Origin: a virus
Taxonomy: Duplodnaviria > Heunggongvirae > Uroviricota > Caudoviricetes
DNA length: 31,841 nucleotides
Direction: 5' to 3' (one strand)
Virus record (IMG/VR): IMGVR_UViG_2558860161_000007
Location: 1 to 31,841 of that record
This document shows positions 26,971 to 31,841 of this stretch, piece by piece; within the stretch, counting starts at the first letter, position 1, and every line of letters begins with the position of its first letter. Below the pieces are notes generated by a model. It saw only the letters and a list, made by a program, of their open reading frames with translations, was not told the origin of the DNA and ran no database searches. The translations under genes were made by a program, and so were the position numbers.

Positions 26971-27247
26971 GTCTGAACATCCCGAATGTAAATTTTATGC
27001 GGTATGTCCTATTAATTCATGCTGTTAGGGTGATTAAATCAATTTGCATTTCACTTTTGAAATCTCCAGTGCCTTATAACTCCTTCCAGTGCCTTTAAAT
27101 GGTCTTGAGTAAAAAAACAGCACCCGTTGTCCCGTGCTTTGTACAATTTCCCCCTGTTGCATTGAGAAAAAATATTCACAAAATAGAGCGCTACCTGATA
27201 CCGGACGGACACGTCCGGATCTCTGCGGATATTAACGAGGTAGCGTT

Positions 27248-27514
27248 ATGCACACAGTTTCATCAGTACCATCGTCCCCCACAACCGCGCACCTGATGCC
27301 GGTTTCAGCCCCGGCTCAGGAACGTTTTTTACGTCTCCCGGAAGTCATTCATCAGTGCGGTCTGTCCCGCTCCACGCTCTACGATTTAATTGCCCGCAAT
27401 GCTTTCCCGGCGCAGGTTTCCCTCGGGGGTAAAAATGTCGCCTGGCTGCAGTCTGAAATCACAGCGTGGATGGCAGAACGTGTCGCGCACCGCAACCGGA
27501 AATACGACGCATGA
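27248..27514 (+). CDS. AlpA/Vis-family HTH transcriptional regulator
   Basis: 88-aa ORF containing [29 protein letters not shown], the AlpA-type helix-turn-helix; GAGG Shine-Dalgarno upstream. Confidence 0.7.
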   Translation: MHTVSSVPSSPTTAHLMPVSAPAQERFLRLPEVIHQCGLSRSTLYDLIARNAFPAQVSLGGKNVAWLQSEITAWMAERVAHRNRKYDA

Positions 27515-27549
27515 ATCAGAGCCGATTTCACAAAGCCCCTTTTTCTGGC

Positions 27550-27665
27550 TTGCATCCGTTGTGTGTTTCCTGGTACAGTTTTGTCGCTGTCGCAAAATCG
27601 ACAGCCGGGCGTGGAAACCCGAGCAACTCGAAGGCGACACCAGACGCGCCATGCGTCTTTTTTTG
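27550..27665 (+). ncRNA. Candidate small structured RNA (promoter-hairpin-terminator unit) in the satellite immunity-region position
   Basis: TTGCAT-18 bp-TACAGT promoter-like hexamers, hairpin gctgtcg-caaaat-cgacagc, then stem agacgc-gccat-gcgtct followed by TTTTTTT; the long overlapping ORFs here lack convincing starts. Confidence 0.3.
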
Positions 27666-27912
27666 TGTCGCAACTAACGCCACAGAGCGCCAGATAATGG
27701 CGTGGTGTGCGGATCGTCGTGCAGACGTCACTTTGTGTCTCCTGTCCGCAATCGCATATCATGCTGTCATGTCAATGGTAGCTCAGGCGGGGCAGCCCTC
27801 GGGCTGGCCGGTATTCTTCGAGGCCGGTATTTCCACCCCCGTCTGGGCTATCGCCACTGAGCGTGGAAACTCCGGCGATAGCAATAATTTGCTACTCGAA
27901 GGAGGTTGCCTT

Positions 27913-28110
27913 ATGGCTACGACCCTCACTCCGTCTCACCCGCAGTTTGTCTTTGTGTTTGCCGCCGTCCGTCGCGCAGACCGTAAGCCCCGTATCTGTA
28001 TGCTCCGCACCGTTGCCGGTGACGAGCTGGCCGCCCGCCGCACCCTTGTCCGCGAATACGTGCTTTCCCTTGCCGCCCGTCTGCCGGTTCTGGAGGTGTC
28101 ACATGCATAA
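27913..28110 (+). CDS. Hypothetical small protein (65 aa)
   Basis: ATG preceded by a GGAGG Shine-Dalgarno (gaaggaggttgccttATG); terminates with an overlap on the next start. Confidence 0.45.
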   Translation: MATTLTPSHPQFVFVFAAVRRADRKPRICMLRTVAGDELAARRTLVREYVLSLAARLPVLEVSHA

Positions 28111-28402
28111 TAAAAATACCCCTCAGACCGTCTCAGCGCGTCGTGATGACCTTAACCCCATGAAGGAACACCTCAGCATAGAGGCGTACCATAAACTCAA
28201 TCGCGCCAGCGCCGTCTCACAGTTCGTGGGAGGAGATTTGCTGCGCCGTGAACTGAACGGTTTACACCAGCTATACCTGCCGCAGATTTTTAGTTATATC
28301 CATGAGGACGTCAGCTACGTCCTGGAAGAGCTGAAAGCCAAAGGCCTGTGCCGTGACTTTCTCGCCACGACGTCGGGAAACGGAGGTGAGCACCATGTTT
28401 GA
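28103..28402 (+). CDS. Hypothetical protein (99 aa)
   Basis: ATG (MHNKNTPQ...) preceded by GGAGGTG; lies within the longer 27863..28402 track ORF. Confidence 0.5.
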   Translation: MHNKNTPQTVSARRDDLNPMKEHLSIEAYHKLNRASAVSQFVGGDLLRRELNGLHQLYLPQIFSYIHEDVSYVLEELKAKGLCRDFLATTSGNGGEHHV

Positions 28403-28844
28403 TTTCCCTCAGCCGGGTGAAACATATCGCTGTACAGGATTTCCTGATGTGGTGGTGTCGGGCGTGCTGGCCGACGGTATTCCGTGGGATATGCCGTACC
28501 GCTGTCCGGGGCTGGTCTGGAACCCGTACCGGCGCACCTACACCATCCTCATTCGTATTATTGCCGGTGGCAGCATGGCAGAAATTCCGCTCGGTCGTTT
28601 TTTGCGGGACTTTACCTGTGAGCATCCCGACGTATTTAAACGTAACCCTGAAAACCGCCACGCCGTATTACGCGAAATAGCGGCCGACCCGGCATTACAG
28701 CAATACCGGGCGCGGAATATCGATAACTATCCTGACGATATTCCCCCGGTTAAACGTCCGGCGCCGGTGGCGCATAAATGGCGGAATAATTTCAGACCGG
28801 AAACGGAAATAAAACCGGATAACAGCTACCGCCATTATCTGTAA
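28395..28844 (+). CDS. Hypothetical protein (149 aa)
   Basis: ATG ([11 protein letters not shown]...) preceded by GGAGGTGAGC; overlaps the previous stop. Confidence 0.5.
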   Translation: MFDFPQPGETYRCTGFPDVVVSGVLADGIPWDMPYRCPGLVWNPYRRTYTILIRIIAGGSMAEIPLGRFLRDFTCEHPDVFKRNPENRHAVLREIAADPALQQYRARNIDNYPDDIPPVKRPAPVAHKWRNNFRPETEIKPDNSYRHYL

Positions 28845-28915
28845 TTAAAAACGACACCCAAAAATAAAATGTGCGTATCTGCGCAGGGATACGCACGTCC
28901 TCAGGAGACGAAATA

Positions 28916-29176
28916 ATGCCTGTTAACAGTACGGAACGGCCGCAGAATACAAACCAGCCCATCATCAGCCGGGCAGACCTTGAATGTCTCGAACATATGC
29001 GCAACGTCGGCCAGCTCGTCGGCGACCTGATGCAGGTGCAGGACTGCACCTCTTTGCGCCACAACCCGGCGCAGCAACTACAGCTCACCTCGGTGATTTA
29101 CCTCATGACTGCCCGGCTCGACGGCGTGGTCGACCGCTGTAATCAGCGCTGGCTGACCGGGGAGGGCAACGTATGA
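28916..29176 (+). CDS. Hypothetical protein (86 aa)
   Basis: ATG (MPVNSTERP...) preceded by AGGAGA; a perfect hairpin gtgcgtatc-N8-gatacgcac lies just upstream. Confidence 0.45.
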   Translation: MPVNSTERPQNTNQPIISRADLECLEHMRNVGQLVGDLMQVQDCTSLRHNPAQQLQLTSVIYLMTARLDGVVDRCNQRWLTGEGNV

Positions 29177-29493
29177 AAAAGCCATTAACGCCCGTCTTAC
29201 GCGCCGCGCTCTATCGCCGTGCGGTCGCCTGTGCCTGGCTGACCCTGTGCGAAAGTCAGCACCGCTACCCGCAGCTCACGCTCAGTACGCTGGAAAGCGC
29301 CATTGCGACCGAGCTGGAGGGCTTCTACCTGCGCCAGCACGGCGAGGAAAAAGGCCGCCAGATTGCCTGTGCCCTGCTCGAAGATTTAATGGAAGCCGGA
29401 CCACTCAAGGCCGCCCCGTCGCTGTCCTTTCTCGGGCTGGCCGTGATGGATGAACTCTGCGCCCGCCATATCACCGCACCGGTACTGCACTGA
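29173..29493 (+). CDS. Hypothetical protein (106 aa)
   Basis: Start overlaps the previous stop (ATGA); immediately upstream of the primase gene. Confidence 0.5.
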   Translation: MKKPLTPVLRAALYRRAVACAWLTLCESQHRYPQLTLSTLESAIATELEGFYLRQHGEEKGRQIACALLEDLMEAGPLKAAPSLSFLGLAVMDELCARHITAPVLH

Positions 29494-29507
29494 GGGAGAA
29501 AATAACG

Positions 29508-31841
29508 ATGAAAATGAACGTAACGGACACCGTAAAACAGGCGTGCGGCCACTGGCCGCGCATTCTCCCTGCGCTGGGTGTAACGGTCATCAAAAACCGC
29601 CATCAGGCCTGTCCGGTGTGTGGCGGCTCCGACCGCTTTCGCTTTGATGATAAAGAGGGACGCGGGACGTGGTTCTGCAATCAGTGCGGCGCGGGTGACG
29701 GGCTTAAGCTGGTAGAAAAAGTGTTCGGCGTGACCCCGTCAGAGGCCGCCGGGAAGGTGAACGCCGTGACCGGCAACCTGCCGCCGGTTTCCCCGGCGGT
29801 GACTGCGGCCGCAGACGCTGAAACAGAGGCAGACCGCAAAGCGGCGGCCGCGCTGGCCGTAAAACTGACGGAGAAAGCCCGACCGGTCACCGGCAACGCC
29901 TACCTCACCCGCAAGGGCTTCCCCGGCCGGGAATGCCTGACGCTCACCGCCCTGCACAAAACCGGCGGTGTGACGTACCGCGCCGGGGATGTGGTTGTCC
30001 CGCTTTATGATGATAGCGGCGCACTGGTTAACGTCCAGCTCATTAACGCGGACGGTCTCAAGCGCACCCTGAAAGGCGGTCAGGTAAAAGGGGCATGTCA
30101 TATTCTCGACGGAAAAAAAGAGGCGGGAAAGCGGCTGTGGATAGCGGAGGGCTACGCGACCGCGCTCACCGTGCATCACCTGACCGGCGAAACCGTCATG
30201 GTGGCGCTGTCGTCGGTGAACCTCCTTTCTCTGGCGAGCCTTGCCCGTCACACATACCCGGCCTGCCGGATTGTGCTGGCCGCCGACCGTGACCTCAGCG
30301 GCGACGGCCAGACCAAAGCGTCTGCGGCCGCAGAAGCCTGTGAGGGCGTGGTCGCCCTGCCGCCGGTGTTCGGTGACTGGAATGATGCGTATACACAGCA
30401 CGGCGGGGAGGCCACGCGTAAAGCCATGTATGACGCCATCCGGCCACCGGCTGACAGCCCTTTCTCTACCATGAGCGAGGCGGAGTTTACCGCCATGAGC
30501 ACCAGTGAGAAAGCCATGCGGGTGCATGAGCATTACGGCGAAGCGCTGGCGGTGGATGCGAACGGCCAGCTCCTGTCCCGTTATGAGGCGGGCATATGGA
30601 AAATCATTCCGCCGTCGGACTTTGCGCGCGACGTGGCCGGGCTGTTTCAGCGTCTGCGCGCCCCGTTCTCATCGGGAAAAATTGCCTCGGTGGTGGACAC
30701 CCTGAAACTGATTATTCCCCAGCAGGACGCCCCGCCACGGCGGCTGATTGGTTTTCGCAACGGGGTGCTCGATACCAAAAGCGGTATATTCAGCCCGCAC
30801 AGCAAAACGCACTGGCTGCGCACCCTGTGTGACGTGGATTTCACCCCGCCGGTGGAGGGGGAAACGCTGGAGACGCACGCGCCGAATTTCTGGCGCTGGC
30901 TCGACCGCGCCGCCGGTTCGCGTGCCGATAAACGTGACGTGATACTCGCCGCGCTGTTTATGGTGCTGGCGAACCGTTACGACTGGCAGCTCTTCCTCGA
31001 AGTGACCGGTCCCGGCGGCAGCGGGAAAAGTATTCTGGCCGAAATTGCGACCATGCTCGCCGGGGAAGATAACGCCACGTCGGCGACTATCGAGACGCTG
31101 GAATCCCCCCGCGAACGCGCGGCGCTGATTGGCTTCTCGCTGATACGTCTGCCTGACCAGGAGAAATGGAGCGGTGACGGGGCAGGACTCAAGGCCATCA
31201 CCGGCGGCGATGCGGTCTCCGTCGACCCGAAATACCGCGATGCATACTCCACCCATATTCCGGCGGTGATACTGGCCGTGAACAATAACCCGATGCGCTT
31301 CACCGACCGCAGCGGCGGGGTGTCCCGTCGCCGGGTGATAATGCACTTCCCGGAACAGATTGCCCCGGAAGAGCGTGACCCGAAGCTGAAAGATAAAATC
31401 GCCCGGGAGCTGGCCGTCATCGTGCGCCAGCTCATGCAGACGTTCAGCGACCCGATGACCGCGCGCACACTGCTCCAGTCGCAGCAGAACTCCGACGAGG
31501 CACTCAGCATCAAGCGCGACGCTGACCCGACATTCGATTTTTGTGGCTATCTGGAGGCACTGCCCGAGCCTGACGGTATGTATATGGGGAATGCGAATAT
31601 CATCCCGCGACAGCCGCGCCTGTACCTGTATCACGCCTATCTGGTCTACATGGAGGCGCACGGCTACAAGAACACACTCAGCCTGACCATGTTCGGCAAA
31701 GGACTGTCATCGATGCTGAAAGAGTACGGGCTGAATTACGGTAAGCGACGAACAAATCAGGGGATACAGACGAACCTTGCGCTCAGGGAGGAAAGCAACG
31801 CCGACTGGCTGCCCCGGTGCGATGAAACCACCGCGACATAA
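29508..31841 (+). CDS. alpha: Alpha-type primase/helicase (zinc-binding primase domain + TOPRIM-like + SF3-type P-loop NTPase)
   Basis: 777-aa ORF, the P4 alpha length as I recall it; N-terminal CPVCGG...CNQCG zinc motif; central acidic region LAADRDLSGDGQ; Walker A GPGGSGKS; stop at the window end. Confidence 0.9.
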   Translation: MKMNVTDTVKQACGHWPRILPALGVTVIKNRHQACPVCGGSDRFRFDDKEGRGTWFCNQCGAGDGLKLVEKVFGVTPSEAAGKVNAVTGNLPPVSPAVTAAADAETEADRKAAAALAVKLTEKARPVTGNAYLTRKGFPGRECLTLTALHKTGGVTYRAGDVVVPLYDDSGALVNVQLINADGLKRTLKGGQVKGACHILDGKKEAGKRLWIAEGYATALTVHHLTGETVMVALSSVNLLSLASLARHTYPACRIVLAADRDLSGDGQTKASAAAEACEGVVALPPVFGDWNDAYTQHGGEATRKAMYDAIRPPADSPFSTMSEAEFTAMSTSEKAMRVHEHYGEALAVDANGQLLSRYEAGIWKIIPPSDFARDVAGLFQRLRAPFSSGKIASVVDTLKLIIPQQDAPPRRLIGFRNGVLDTKSGIFSPHSKTHWLRTLCDVDFTPPVEGETLETHAPNFWRWLDRAAGSRADKRDVILAALFMVLANRYDWQLFLEVTGPGGSGKSILAEIATMLAGEDNATSATIETLESPRERAALIGFSLIRLPDQEKWSGDGAGLKAITGGDAVSVDPKYRDAYSTHIPAVILAVNNNPMRFTDRSGGVSRRRVIMHFPEQIAPEERDPKLKDKIARELAVIVRQLMQTFSDPMTARTLLQSQQNSDEALSIKRDADPTFDFCGYLEALPEPDGMYMGNANIIPRQPRLYLYHAYLVYMEAHGYKNTLSLTMFGKGLSSMLKEYGLNYGKRRTNQGIQTNLALREESNADWLPRCDETTAT

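Noticed and set aside
27466-28110. 214-aa + strand ORF
   Set aside because: No credible start or Shine-Dalgarno for the long form and it contains terminator-like structure; the only convincing start is the internal GGAGG-preceded ATG at 27913, giving a 65-aa product.
29739-31661. Long - strand ORFs (264 aa and 330 aa) inside the primase gene
   Set aside because: Antisense open frames typical of GC-rich coding sequence; Arg/Gly/His-rich nonsense translations.
1-31841. Insertion sequences or transposases
   Set aside because: No transposase-like ORFs or terminal inverted repeats seen; mobility is explained by the two integrases.

Overview
The window holds two adjacent temperate-phage-derived elements at what appears to be the 3' end of ssrA (tmRNA). 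Coordinates 1 to ~21,607 are a P2/186-family (helper-type) prophage: tail fibre H (partial), baseplate I-J-W-V, S/R tail completion, a lysis cassette (holin, endolysin, LysA, LysB with embedded LysC), head genes X-L-M-N-O, divergent terminase P and portal Q, a cargo region around a cos-like site, then the early region (replication protein A, Dam methylase, TraR-like zinc finger, CII, Apl, CI repressor, integrase). Coordinates ~21,700 to 31,841 are a P4-like satellite: integrase, an AT-rich cargo gene, two cos-like repeats, psu-delta-sid, a regulatory region, an AlpA/Vis-like regulator, small ORFs and a 777-aa alpha-type primase/helicase. The strongest candidates for an undescribed system are the cargo genes in the two variable hotspots. 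In the helper, a co-directional, translationally coupled pair between Q and cos encodes a GHKL (histidine-kinase-like) ATPase and a small STAS-like protein. In the satellite, a ~472-aa AT-rich protein sits between the integrase and cos. All calls rest on reading the translations and sequence by eye; no database search was run, and hand-derived coordinates may be off by 1-2 nt.
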